This document shows, piece after piece, positions 46,552 through 55,082 of a stretch of DNA of 64,000 bases (position 1 is its first letter; every line of letters starts with the position of its first letter). Made by a program: the position numbers and the translations under genes. The notes below the pieces were generated by a model that worked only from the letters and a program-made list of their open reading frames with translations, was not told the origin of the DNA and made no database searches. The DNA is taken from positions 816-64,815 of the forward strand of contig JAYZBQ010000018.1 of NCBI GenBank assembly GCA_036338695.1. The letters are read 5' to 3'. This DNA is from Myxococcota bacterium. GTDB taxonomy: Bacteria > Myxococcota > UBA4151.

Positions 46552-48978
46552 CTAGACCTCTGTCTCGGGCTCGACCCATCCCCCATCGGCAGCGACTTGA
46601 ACAGCCCCTTGCGGCGCGATGACCTCGGTTTCGCCGCCATCGAGCGACACCTCAAGCGCCGGCTCGATACGATCGAACACGAGGGTCTCGTAGCCGCGCA
46701 GATGCACCGCCAGCCCATGCCGCTGCAGCGACGCTCCGGACTCCTCTCGAGAGACCCCGCGTCCGCTGTCTTGCCAGTGATAGAGCGTCTGCTCCTCGAT
46801 CGATAAGGCGTCCGCAAGCGACTCAACGAAGGTGCCCTCGGTGCCATCCGCCACGGGGACACTGCAGCGCAACCAACCCGAGGTCGAGTCCATCGAATTG
46901 TTGTAGATCACCAGCGTCGGCGGCCCATTGACCGTCTCTTTGTTGGAGTACGCAAAGACGTTCTCATTCACCTCACCATGCTCGGTCACAAAGTCGTAGA
47001 GGCGGAAGAACTCGACCCCACCGAAGCGGCTGCGATGGCGAAGCAGCGGGAAGACGACGTGCTCATGATAACCGAGCAGGCCCTCGTCGGTCGACTCGTC
47101 GTGATAGGCACGGGCGAACTCCATCCCGTACTTCTCTCGGAACCCCTCGAGCTGCCCGTGACCGAACATCGGCAAGCCGGGCAAGGTCGAGAGCAAGGTC
47201 GCGATCCCGAAGTACTTATCGCCCGTCCCGAACTGGTCGGCAGCCGTCTCCTCATCGGGGTTGTTCATGAAGTTTACGAACCGCTCGAGGATGGCCGGCT
47301 GGGTCGCAAGGATCTCTTTGATCACGCCTCGATAGCCTGCGTTGTTCTCATCGCGCAGCATGTGCATGAAGGCGCTGTTGTAGACTCGGTGCATCCCGAG
47401 GTTGCGGACAAAATAGCCCTCCATCATCCAAAACGCCTCGGCGATGAGGAGGGTGTCGGGTGCTTCAACCTGGATCCGGTCAACGACCTCACACCAGAAT
47501 TCAGCCGGACAGAGCCGGTCGAACTCTTCTTGGCTCAGCCCGTAGGTGGCGCGCGACGGGATTGCGCCCCCCTCGCCCGCCGGCGGATGCCATAGACGCT
47601 GGATATGCTGCTTGGCTAAGGTCATCGCTGCGTCAAAACGGATCACCGAGAACTGCTTGGCGACCTGGACGATCGTCTGAATCAAAGCCTCGCGCACAGC
47701 TGGCTGAGCGTGGTCGAGCTGCGCCGTGTCGTTCCATGGCATCTGCGTGCCGTCGTTGCCGTGGTAGACAAAGCGCACGCGCCCGGTCCGCTGGTCGGTC
47801 ACGCGAAACACGACCGCCGCGTCCGTCTCATTCCAATAGCCGTCCTCGAGCTGGACGCAGACCCGAGGATCGCCCGACAGATCCGGTCCGTTGAAGGTGT
47901 AACCGGGAAAGGGCGAGTGATCGAGCTGAACGAACCACTCAGGGCGCTCCACCATCCAGCGGCTGTCCAGACCGGTGTGGTTTGGCACCATATCGGCGGC
48001 GAGTCGTAACCCACAGCGCTGGGCGCGCGCCCTGAGGCGGTCCAGCGCCCCGACGCCGCCTAGGCGCTCAGCAACGACATACTCGGTGAGGGAGTAAGCG
48101 GAGGCTTCAGCCTCGCCATTGCCGCGCCGCCGCTTGATGTTTTGTGACGCCGGCGAGCGCTCCCACAAGCCGATCAACCACAGCGCCGTAAAGCCGCGCT
48201 CAGCGAGCTCGACCAACGCCTCCTCGGGGATCTCGTCGAGGTGACGGATCGAGCGGCCAAAACGTGCGGAGAGCTGATCGAGCCAGACGAAGGTGTGCTT
48301 GGCGATGAGGACGCAGCGGGTCATCCAGTCCTGATCATCGGTAAACCGCTCCACATCGTCACCCGAGCCCCACCCGGGCCCTTGGTGTCCTGCCGCGCCG
48401 CCGCTGCGCACCGAGTGATACTCAGCGAAGCGGTCCAGCGTACGCAGGAGCCGCTGCTTCAAGCCCTCGTCGAGCAGGTCTTCCCAATGCTCAAGAACCC
48501 ACCGAAGCTGCTCTTCGAGTTGTTCCGGGGCTGCCCGAAAGGGCGTGGTGAGCCACGCCAGGAGCTGCTCACCCGGCTGCATGTTGAGGCCATCGACGAA
48601 GCCATCTTCACGAGGGTCAACGCAGCTCAGCGAGCACGCCGAGCGCAGGGTGTTCAGATGCGTCAAGCCGATGAGGTTGTCGCGATCGGCGAGCGCTGGG
48701 TTGTGCGCCAGCGCCAGCAGGACCGTCCACCCCTCGACGTGGCTGATCGCAGGATCAAAAGACCACAGCGAGCGGATGTTGTGCTCGACCTCGCCCAGCT
48801 CGGGGCGCTCAAGGTCCGAGCGCCGACGCATCCCAGCGACCAAAACCTCCTGCAGCACAGCGAGCGACGATATGCCGATCGGGTCGATCGCCGCGTCGGT
48901 GCGCGCCTCGGCGCCTTTTAGACGAGCTAAGAGTCCTTGAGAACTGGCGGAGACAAGTTCAAGAGCCATCAGGTTCAA
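46552..48978 (-). CDS. Alpha-amylase-family (GH13) alpha-glucan enzyme, 808 aa
   Basis: GH13 conserved region-II-like DMVPNHTG and VIRFDAAM (catalytic Asp region). Its stop is 6 nt before the GH57/GH77 start. Exact specificity (GlgE/amylosucrase/TreS-like) cannot be resolved by eye. Confidence 0.7.
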   Translation of the reverse strand: MNLMALELVSASSQGLLARLKGAEARTDAAIDPIGISSLAVLQEVLVAGMRRRSDLERPELGEVEHNIRSLWSFDPAISHVEGWTVLLALAHNPALADRDNLIGLTHLNTLRSACSLSCVDPREDGFVDGLNMQPGEQLLAWLTTPFRAAPEQLEEQLRWVLEHWEDLLDEGLKQRLLRTLDRFAEYHSVRSGGAAGHQGPGWGSGDDVERFTDDQDWMTRCVLIAKHTFVWLDQLSARFGRSIRHLDEIPEEALVELAERGFTALWLIGLWERSPASQNIKRRRGNGEAEASAYSLTEYVVAERLGGVGALDRLRARAQRCGLRLAADMVPNHTGLDSRWMVERPEWFVQLDHSPFPGYTFNGPDLSGDPRVCVQLEDGYWNETDAAVVFRVTDQRTGRVRFVYHGNDGTQMPWNDTAQLDHAQPAVREALIQTIVQVAKQFSVIRFDAAMTLAKQHIQRLWHPPAGEGGAIPSRATYGLSQEEFDRLCPAEFWCEVVDRIQVEAPDTLLIAEAFWMMEGYFVRNLGMHRVYNSAFMHMLRDENNAGYRGVIKEILATQPAILERFVNFMNNPDEETAADQFGTGDKYFGIATLLSTLPGLPMFGHGQLEGFREKYGMEFARAYHDESTDEGLLGYHEHVVFPLLRHRSRFGGVEFFRLYDFVTEHGEVNENVFAYSNKETVNGPPTLVIYNNSMDSTSGWLRCSVPVADGTEGTFVESLADALSIEEQTLYHWQDSGRGVSREESGASLQRHGLAVHLRGYETLVFDRIEPALEVSLDGGETEVIAPQGAVQVAADGGWVEPETEV

Positions 48979-48982
48979 CTCA

Positions 48983-49003
48983 CGTTACATATTATTTGTA
49001 ACG
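48983..49003. promoter_or_regulatory. AT-rich perfect palindrome CGTTACA-N7-TGTAACG immediately upstream of the GH13 gene start; candidate operator
   Basis: 7-bp inverted arms with a 7-nt A/T spacer in an otherwise ~67% GC region. Confidence 0.3.
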
Positions 49004-49094
49004 CTCGTTATGTCTTATCCGGCGACCTGTCCAATAGAAGTTCAGACGCCTCGGGCGAGCGTCCGATGACGCCCACCCCATGCGGCGACGCACC

Positions 49095-49766
49095 TTACCG
49101 AGGCAGCGCCGCCTCAATGGCGCTCACGATCCGCTCATCTTCAGGCTCAACCCGTGACGCAAAGCGGCCCACAGGGACGCCATCTGGACGCAGCAGAAAC
49201 TTCTCAAAGTTCCAGCCGATGTCCCCGCGCATCGCCTCAGGCGACTCCTCGGTGAGAAACGTGTACAAGGGGTGTCGGTTCTCGCCGTTGACCTCGATCT
49301 TGCTCATCATCTGGAAGGTGACGCCATAGTTCACGCGGCAGAAGTCTGCGATGTCTTTGTCCGACCCAGGGTCCTGGTTCATGAACTGGTTGCAAGGAAA
49401 GCCGATGATCGCCAGACCACGGTCCTTGAAGCGCTCGTGCAGGCGCTGCAGCCCGTCGAACTGCCCGGTGTAGCCGCAGCGACTCGCCGTGTTGACGATC
49501 AAGATCGCTTGGCCGGCGAACTCGCCCATCGTGGTGGCGCGGCCCTCGATCGTCTCCACCGCGATACCCCAAACCCCATCGCTCGGGACCGCGTTGTTAC
49601 CCCCTTGATCTGATGGGTTCGATGGACTCGCCATCGGTCCCGCATCCACGACCACGACAGGGTTCGTACACGCCAAACCAAAAAACGCACAAAGCGACCA
49701 AGTCGCTACTTTGACCATCTTGCCCATCTGCGACACCTTCCGCGCACCCAAGCGCACCCTTATCAT
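49095..49766 (-). CDS. gpx: Glutathione peroxidase (Cys-type, non-seleno), secreted
   Basis: ILIVNTASRCGYT (peroxidatic Cys), FPCNQF, WNFEKFL. N-terminal signal peptide. Confidence 0.9.
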   Translation of the reverse strand: MIRVRLGARKVSQMGKMVKVATWSLCAFFGLACTNPVVVVDAGPMASPSNPSDQGGNNAVPSDGVWGIAVETIEGRATTMGEFAGQAILIVNTASRCGYTGQFDGLQRLHERFKDRGLAIIGFPCNQFMNQDPGSDKDIADFCRVNYGVTFQMMSKIEVNGENRHPLYTFLTEESPEAMRGDIGWNFEKFLLRPDGVPVGRFASRVEPEDERIVSAIEAALPR

Positions 49767-50599
49767 TCCAAATCGAATGGAGAATTCAAGTGTCCAGTGA
49801 ATAAATTATGACCGCAACGGTGGCAAAACGAAGCCGAGCCGGGATGTTCAAGCAGGCCACACTCACCACAACGATTGATCTGCGTTTCGCCCGAAACGCC
49901 CAGGGCGAGTTCTGCAGAGACGAGCGCCGTTGGGACGATGATGAGGCAGTAACCCAACATCATGAGGATGCCGGCGATGAACTGACCGAGCGCCGTGATC
50001 GGCGTAATGTCACCGAAGCCGACGGTTGAGATCGTCACGACAGCCCAGTAGATCCCGCGCGGCACGGAGGTGAAACCTGCTTTGGGTCCCTCGACGACGT
50101 ACATAACGGCTCCGACGATCACGACGACGTTGAGCAAAAGGACGATGAACACCATGATCTTGGGCAGCGCAGCGCGCAGCGCACGCGCCAACATCGTCTC
50201 CTCTGCCAGGTACGCGCGCAGATTAAAGACATTGAAGATTCGGATCAAACGGATCGCACGCACGACCATGAGGCTCTGCACGCCCGGCACGAAGAAGCTG
50301 ATGTAGGTGGGTAAGATCGACAGCAGATCGACGACCCCAAAGAAGCTGGTGACGTACCGCTTGCGGTCTTTTGCCGACCAGATCCTCAGCAGGTACTCCA
50401 CGCTGAAGATAAGGGTAAACGCCCACTCCAAGCCGTAAAACAGCTCCCCGTAGCGTTCTTGAATGGGACGGACCGACTCGAGCAGCGCCACCAAAACGGA
50501 GCCGAGGATCGCGACCAACAAGCCGACATCGAACAGCCAACCTGAACGGGTATCGATCCCAAAGATGATGCGCCCTGTGCGCTCACGCAGCGTACTCAT
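49763..50599 (-). CDS. Voltage-gated-type K+ channel (6TM, S4 Arg repeats, TVGFGD filter) with a C-terminal CxxC…CxxC zinc ribbon
   Basis: S4 is RAIRLIRIFNVFNLRAY. Pore region TISTVGFGDITP. C-terminal CGECGLLEHPGSASFCHRCG. Its stop overlaps the gpx start. Confidence 0.85.
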   Translation of the reverse strand: MSTLRERTGRIIFGIDTRSGWLFDVGLLVAILGSVLVALLESVRPIQERYGELFYGLEWAFTLIFSVEYLLRIWSAKDRKRYVTSFFGVVDLLSILPTYISFFVPGVQSLMVVRAIRLIRIFNVFNLRAYLAEETMLARALRAALPKIMVFIVLLLNVVVIVGAVMYVVEGPKAGFTSVPRGIYWAVVTISTVGFGDITPITALGQFIAGILMMLGYCLIIVPTALVSAELALGVSGETQINRCGECGLLEHPGSASFCHRCGHNLFTGHLNSPFDLE

Positions 50600-50638
50600 G
50601 ACGCAAGCTTAGAGGGCACCGCCCTAGGCGTCAGCTTT

Positions 50639-51682
50639 TTAGCGAACCCAGAGCGTCAAGCTCGAGAAGTCCGCGCCGATCTCACCCACGCCAAACTGGT
50701 GCATCCCCCAGACCGACTGGGCGATCTCAGGCTCGTCGGGGTGACCATGGATGATAAAGCCTGCGCCGCCGCTCCATCCGTCGCAGCCGAACTTTCCGCG
50801 CGCCGCAGCCCAGTTCCAGGCTTCCGTCCGGTGCCACAGCTGCGCGTCGCAAACCTGAGCCTCACCGCCGACATCGCGCCAGACAAAGCCGTCGCCATCG
50901 AAGACCTCAAAGATCGGTAGCGGATCAAACGCCGCGCCATGAATGCTCGTGTAAAACGGGGAGTACACCACCTGTCCGGCGAAGGTCCCGCGCAGCGCGA
51001 AGACGTACTCGAGGTCCTGACCGTCGGGATCGTCTTGGAGCAGGCTGGCGATGCGAAGCCCCCAGGCCTCGGCACCACCGGGGGTGCCGTGGTCTGACCG
51101 AAAGGCGTCCCACATGTGGTCGCCTTGGTTGAGCTGTGCCATCGGGGTCCAGCCGCCGCCGTCTAAACCCATCTCGCAGTTGATGCGCACGGGCTGAGCA
51201 TCACCCGCCCCGTCGAGATCGATCCAGTAGTTGTCCGTCGGCAGGCGCGGGTAATCCCGCTTGAGGTGACGGCAGCTCAGGGCGGCTGCCTCGGGCGTAC
51301 TCCCGTCGTACTCGCCGACACGACGACATGCAGCCGAGCAGTCAGCGCCGCTGTTGAGCTCGCCCAGATCGCAGTCCTCTGTTTTGACCCTGCGGATCCC
51401 GTCACCGCAGCGTGCGGCCGTGCAGTCAGCTCGGCAAGCGTCGGTCTCGACCTCATTGCCGTCATCGCAACCCTCGTCCGCCTCGGTCACGCCGTTCCCG
51501 CAGATCGGTCCGGCGTCGGGCGCGACGCCCGCATCGAAAGCCCCTGCGTCAGGGCGAGCGAGCCGCACGCAGTCACCCTCCATCGTGCAGACCTGACCTG
51601 CCGGGCACGGCACGGTCGGGCAGCGCTCATCGGGCTGCGCCATGGGGCATCCGAACAGGAGAATGAGAGGAAGAAGTCGCAT
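50639..51682 (-). CDS. Lipoprotein with 2 Myxococcus-type Cys repeats and an uncharacterised C-terminal beta domain
   Basis: Start chosen at MRLLPLILLFGC (lipobox); an upstream alternative is MSGLPG. Contains CGNGVTEADEGCDDGNEVETDAC. Confidence 0.55.
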   Translation of the reverse strand: MRLLPLILLFGCPMAQPDERCPTVPCPAGQVCTMEGDCVRLARPDAGAFDAGVAPDAGPICGNGVTEADEGCDDGNEVETDACRADCTAARCGDGIRRVKTEDCDLGELNSGADCSAACRRVGEYDGSTPEAAALSCRHLKRDYPRLPTDNYWIDLDGAGDAQPVRINCEMGLDGGGWTPMAQLNQGDHMWDAFRSDHGTPGGAEAWGLRIASLLQDDPDGQDLEYVFALRGTFAGQVVYSPFYTSIHGAAFDPLPIFEVFDGDGFVWRDVGGEAQVCDAQLWHRTEAWNWAAARGKFGCDGWSGGAGFIIHGHPDEPEIAQSVWGMHQFGVGEIGADFSSLTLWVR

Positions 51683-51732
51683 CGCCACAGTGAGCCACGC
51701 CCGAGCGCGAGCCGCAACGCCTGGCAAACCGC

Positions 51733-52881
51733 TCATCCTCGACGGCTCCCCTCGTACAGCTCGAAGACGACGATACGCGCATCGAGCTTGGCGAAGCGCA
51801 CGGGCAGGCGCAGGTTCGGCCGCAGCCCCACGGCGCCGACCAGCTTGTTGTTGCCCAGGATCATCGCCGCTCGATGCCCGGCGAACGCCGACTTGAGGTG
51901 GTCGCCCAGCCCCTTCACGAGCGCCTCCGCTCGCCCCTGCTCCGAGAGCCGCTGCCCGTAGGGCGGGTTTGCGACCAAAAGACACGTCGGCTCAAGCGGG
52001 CTTCGCTCCCTAAAGTCCCCTTGGTTCCAGCGGATCGAGTCCGCCACGCCACCACGCTCGGCGTTTCGACGCGCCACCGCAACCATGGCGGTGTCGCGGT
52101 CTGATCCCACGATGCGATGAGCCGCTTCAGGGAGCACCAGCGATTCGAGCTCTTCGAGGTACTGAGCGAAACCCCGCTCGTCAAAGCCGGCGCGTTGCTG
52201 GAAGGCGAAGCGACCCTGCTGAGCCTTACGCAGCCCCGGCGGGATGCGCTGAGCGATCTGCGCCCCCTCAATCACGAGCGTACCGGCGCCACACATCGGG
52301 TCCAAGAGCCCCTCGGAGCCATCAAATCCGGCTGCGAGCAAGACCGCCGCTGCGAGGGTCTCGCGCAGCGGCGCCTCCCCTGCCTCACGGCGATAGCCAC
52401 GCTGATGCAGCGCGTGACCCGATGCGTCCCAACTCAGCGACAGGCGGTCTTTGTACAGCCGGGCACGGATCCAGACGTCCGGTCGTTTCGGGTCGACGCT
52501 CGGACGATCACCGCGCGCCTTGCGGAGGCGGTCGACGATGGCGTCCTTGATCTTTTGGCTGACAAAGACGCGGTGGTTCAGCTTGCTGGCGCCGACGCTG
52601 GCGTCGATCGCAAAGGTCTTACCGCGCGGCAGATAGCGGGACCAATCCACCTTGGCGGCGGTCTTGTAGACCGACTCGGGATCCCCGCCTGGACCGCTGC
52701 TGATCGGGACCAGCACGCGCTCGGCAAGGCGGCTCTCGACGTTGGCTCGCCAAAGAATGTTGGCCGCGCCGGTCGCCTCGACCCCACGAGACGCTACCCG
52801 TGCGTGGGTCGCACCGAGTCGCCGGAGCTCCTCGGCGAGCAACCCCTCAACACCTGGTGCGCAGGTCACAAAGAGCTTCAT
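51733..52881 (-). CDS. rlmL: THUMP + SAM-dependent methyltransferase, RlmL-like (23S rRNA m2G-type) stand-alone protein
   Basis: MKLFVTCAPGVEGLLAEEL THUMP N-terminus. SAM motif LLDPMCGAGTLVIEGA. NPPYG catalytic motif. Confidence 0.7.
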   Translation of the reverse strand: MKLFVTCAPGVEGLLAEELRRLGATHARVASRGVEATGAANILWRANVESRLAERVLVPISSGPGGDPESVYKTAAKVDWSRYLPRGKTFAIDASVGASKLNHRVFVSQKIKDAIVDRLRKARGDRPSVDPKRPDVWIRARLYKDRLSLSWDASGHALHQRGYRREAGEAPLRETLAAAVLLAAGFDGSEGLLDPMCGAGTLVIEGAQIAQRIPPGLRKAQQGRFAFQQRAGFDERGFAQYLEELESLVLPEAAHRIVGSDRDTAMVAVARRNAERGGVADSIRWNQGDFRERSPLEPTCLLVANPPYGQRLSEQGRAEALVKGLGDHLKSAFAGHRAAMILGNNKLVGAVGLRPNLRLPVRFAKLDARIVVFELYEGSRRG

Positions 52882-53813
52882 CGACGCACCAAGCGCCACA
52901 GCTTGTGGACCCGCCGATCGCGAAAATCACGTGGGATGGAGAGCTCGGTGCGATCTTCGATCATCCAGCCAGCGTCGAGGCTATCAGCGAGCTCAAAACG
53001 TCGATGATTCGTCGAGAAGTAGAGCACGCCGCCAGGCTTGAGGCAGGCGCTCAGCGCGCCGATCATCGCCGCGTGATCGCGCTGGACGTCAAAGGTCTGC
53101 TCCATGGACTTGCTGTTTGAGAAGGTCGGCGGGTCGAGCACGACCAGATCAAAATGCCCACGCGGCGCTTGGTCGATGTACTTAAGGCAGTCGGCGCGCA
53201 GCACCTGGTGCCGGACACCCGCCGTGACGCCGTTGAGCTCGAGGTTACGCCGCGTCCAATCGAGGTAGGTCTTGGAGAGGTCGACGCTCACCGTCTCGAG
53301 CGCCTCACCCGCAGCCGCGTGCACCGTGAACGCACCCGTATAACAAAACAGGTTGAGCACCCGGCGGCCCGCCGCCTCTGCGCCGACCCATGCTCGCGCA
53401 GGGCGGTGATCGAGAAACAGGCCCGTGTCGAGGTAGTCGCCAAGGTTCACCTCGAACTGAAGCCCACCCTCACGAACCCGCCGAACCGCTGAGCCCACCT
53501 TGAGCGCTTGATACTGATCCTCACCGCGCTGGCGGCGACGGCTCTTTAGGTAACAGTCGTCGGCGCCCACCTCGAGCGCCTCGCCTAAGCCCAGCAGGAG
53601 CGCTCGAGCATCCTCGAAGACGAGGGGGCGCTTTCGCTCATAGACCGAGGCGTGCAGGGCGCCGTCGTACCAATCGATCGCAAGCGGCAGCTCCGGAATG
53701 TCACGGTCGTAGAGCCGATAACAAGCGACCTGCTCGCGCCGAAGCCACGCCTTGAGCTGGCGCCGGTTCTTGCGGACACGGTTGACAAGCATCGACACCA
53801 AGCTGTCGGTCAT
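52878..53813 (-). CDS. rlmK: Class I SAM-dependent rRNA methyltransferase, RlmK/RlmI-like
   Basis: SAM motif VLNLFCYTGAFTVHAA. DPPTF motif. Stop overlaps the rlmL-like start (ATGA). Confidence 0.65.
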   Translation of the reverse strand: MTDSLVSMLVNRVRKNRRQLKAWLRREQVACYRLYDRDIPELPLAIDWYDGALHASVYERKRPLVFEDARALLLGLGEALEVGADDCYLKSRRRQRGEDQYQALKVGSAVRRVREGGLQFEVNLGDYLDTGLFLDHRPARAWVGAEAAGRRVLNLFCYTGAFTVHAAAGEALETVSVDLSKTYLDWTRRNLELNGVTAGVRHQVLRADCLKYIDQAPRGHFDLVVLDPPTFSNSKSMEQTFDVQRDHAAMIGALSACLKPGGVLYFSTNHRRFELADSLDAGWMIEDRTELSIPRDFRDRRVHKLWRLVRR

Positions 53814-53952
53814 AACCTGCGCTCCTGAACTCTTAGACCGTCATAGGAGAAATTTTGAGAAATGGGGTCACTTTGTGCGCTTTAGGGGTTGGCCGCGCAA
53901 ACCACCTGTGTTAACTCCCCTCTTGGCCGCGAGGTCACGAAAGGGGGGTGTC

Positions 53953-54111
53953 GATGCGATTTGAGGAACTTCAAGCGGTACTAACCACGGATGAGCTGCT
54001 CGCCTTTGGGCTGATGCCGATCCCCGTCGCGCTGCCGGCGAACGACCCGAGCTGCGACCTCCAGCACCGCATTGAGGAGCTCCCAACCGCCGACCTAAGC
54101 CCCGCGCTCTA
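53953..54111 (+). CDS. Candidate small ORF (52 aa) in an AT-richer intergenic region
   Basis: ATG preceded by AAAGGGGGGTG SD-like sequence. Sequence MRFEELQAVLTTDELLAFGLMPIPVALPANDPSCDLQHRIEELPTADLSPAL. Below the ORF-track size cutoff. Its last 3 nt overlap the sufE stop on the opposite strand. Confidence 0.25.
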
Positions 54112-54525
54112 GGCGAACTGCGCCGCCGACTCCTTCATCACGCCGATCATCGAATAGAACCCGTTGCGGCGGTTGGGCGAGAGATTGCTCGACAGACCGA
54201 GCTCGGCGAACGCCTGCTCGAGATCATAGGCGAGCACCTCGCTCGGCTCCTTGCCCTGCAGGGCGAGAAAAAGCACTGCGATCAAGCCCCGCACGATGGC
54301 CGCGTCGCTGTCGCCTTGGTAGCGCATCACTCCGCCGTCGAGTTCGGCTCGAACCCAGACCTGGCTCATGCAGCCGGTCACTTTGTAGCGATCGTCATGC
54401 AGGCCTTCCGGGGCGGCGGGCAGCGCCTTGCCGAGGTCGATGATCACGGCGTAGCGATCCATCCAATCGGGAAGGAACTCGAAGGTCTCACGCAGCTCGT
54501 CAAAAGTCTTCATACTCCCCTTCAT
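54109..54525 (-). CDS. sufE: Cysteine desulfuration protein SufE
   Basis: SufE signature YKVTGCMSQVWV (persulfide-acceptor Cys). ~135 aa. Start at MKGSMK or MKTFDEL. Confidence 0.8.
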   Translation of the reverse strand: MKGSMKTFDELRETFEFLPDWMDRYAVIIDLGKALPAAPEGLHDDRYKVTGCMSQVWVRAELDGGVMRYQGDSDAAIVRGLIAVLFLALQGKEPSEVLAYDLEQAFAELGLSSNLSPNRRNGFYSMIGVMKESAAQFA

Positions 54526-54596
54526 CACGGGTGCGCCATGCGAACAAGCAAAACCCATCGGTTGCGCGGCGCCCAAACTCCAGACACTCTCACACC

Positions 54597-55031
54597 ATGA
54601 ACGCTTCCCGGCTCGCCCTCCTCGCCCTCGTCACGACCGCCTGCGGCGGTGACCTCATTGCGCAGGCTCACGCACAGTGCGCCGCCGAGCCAGCGCACTG
54701 CGCCGACAAGACGGCGAGCGGAACCCTCTACCTCGACACAGGCAACCTCCCGAGCGTCTCTGGCGCCGTGGATCGCATCGTGCTCTGCGCCACCCCGGTG
54801 GACAGCGTCTGTGCGTCGGAGCGTCTCGAGGTCACGTTTGAAGGCGGACCGCTCGCCGCGGACATCGACCCTGGCGCCGCTGATCAAGGCGGTTGGAAAG
54901 TGCGCTTTGAGGGACTTGCGACGAGCTGGGTAGAGCCCCCCGGTCAGCTGGCGCTCAGCGCCCGGCTGCGGGCGCTTGAGTTCGTCGACGACAGCGGTGA
55001 TGCGCTGAGCATCTCGCTGGCGGTCGAGTAA
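54597..55031 (+). CDS. Small lipoprotein (hypothetical)
   Basis: ATG 54597. Lipobox LALVTTAC. 144 aa. Confidence 0.45.
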   Translation: MNASRLALLALVTTACGGDLIAQAHAQCAAEPAHCADKTASGTLYLDTGNLPSVSGAVDRIVLCATPVDSVCASERLEVTFEGGPLAADIDPGAADQGGWKVRFEGLATSWVEPPGQLALSARLRALEFVDDSGDALSISLAVE

Positions 55032-55082
55032 AAGAAAAGCCCGCTCGGTGGCGGGCTCTTCTCCAGTTTGTCAGCGCTGACT

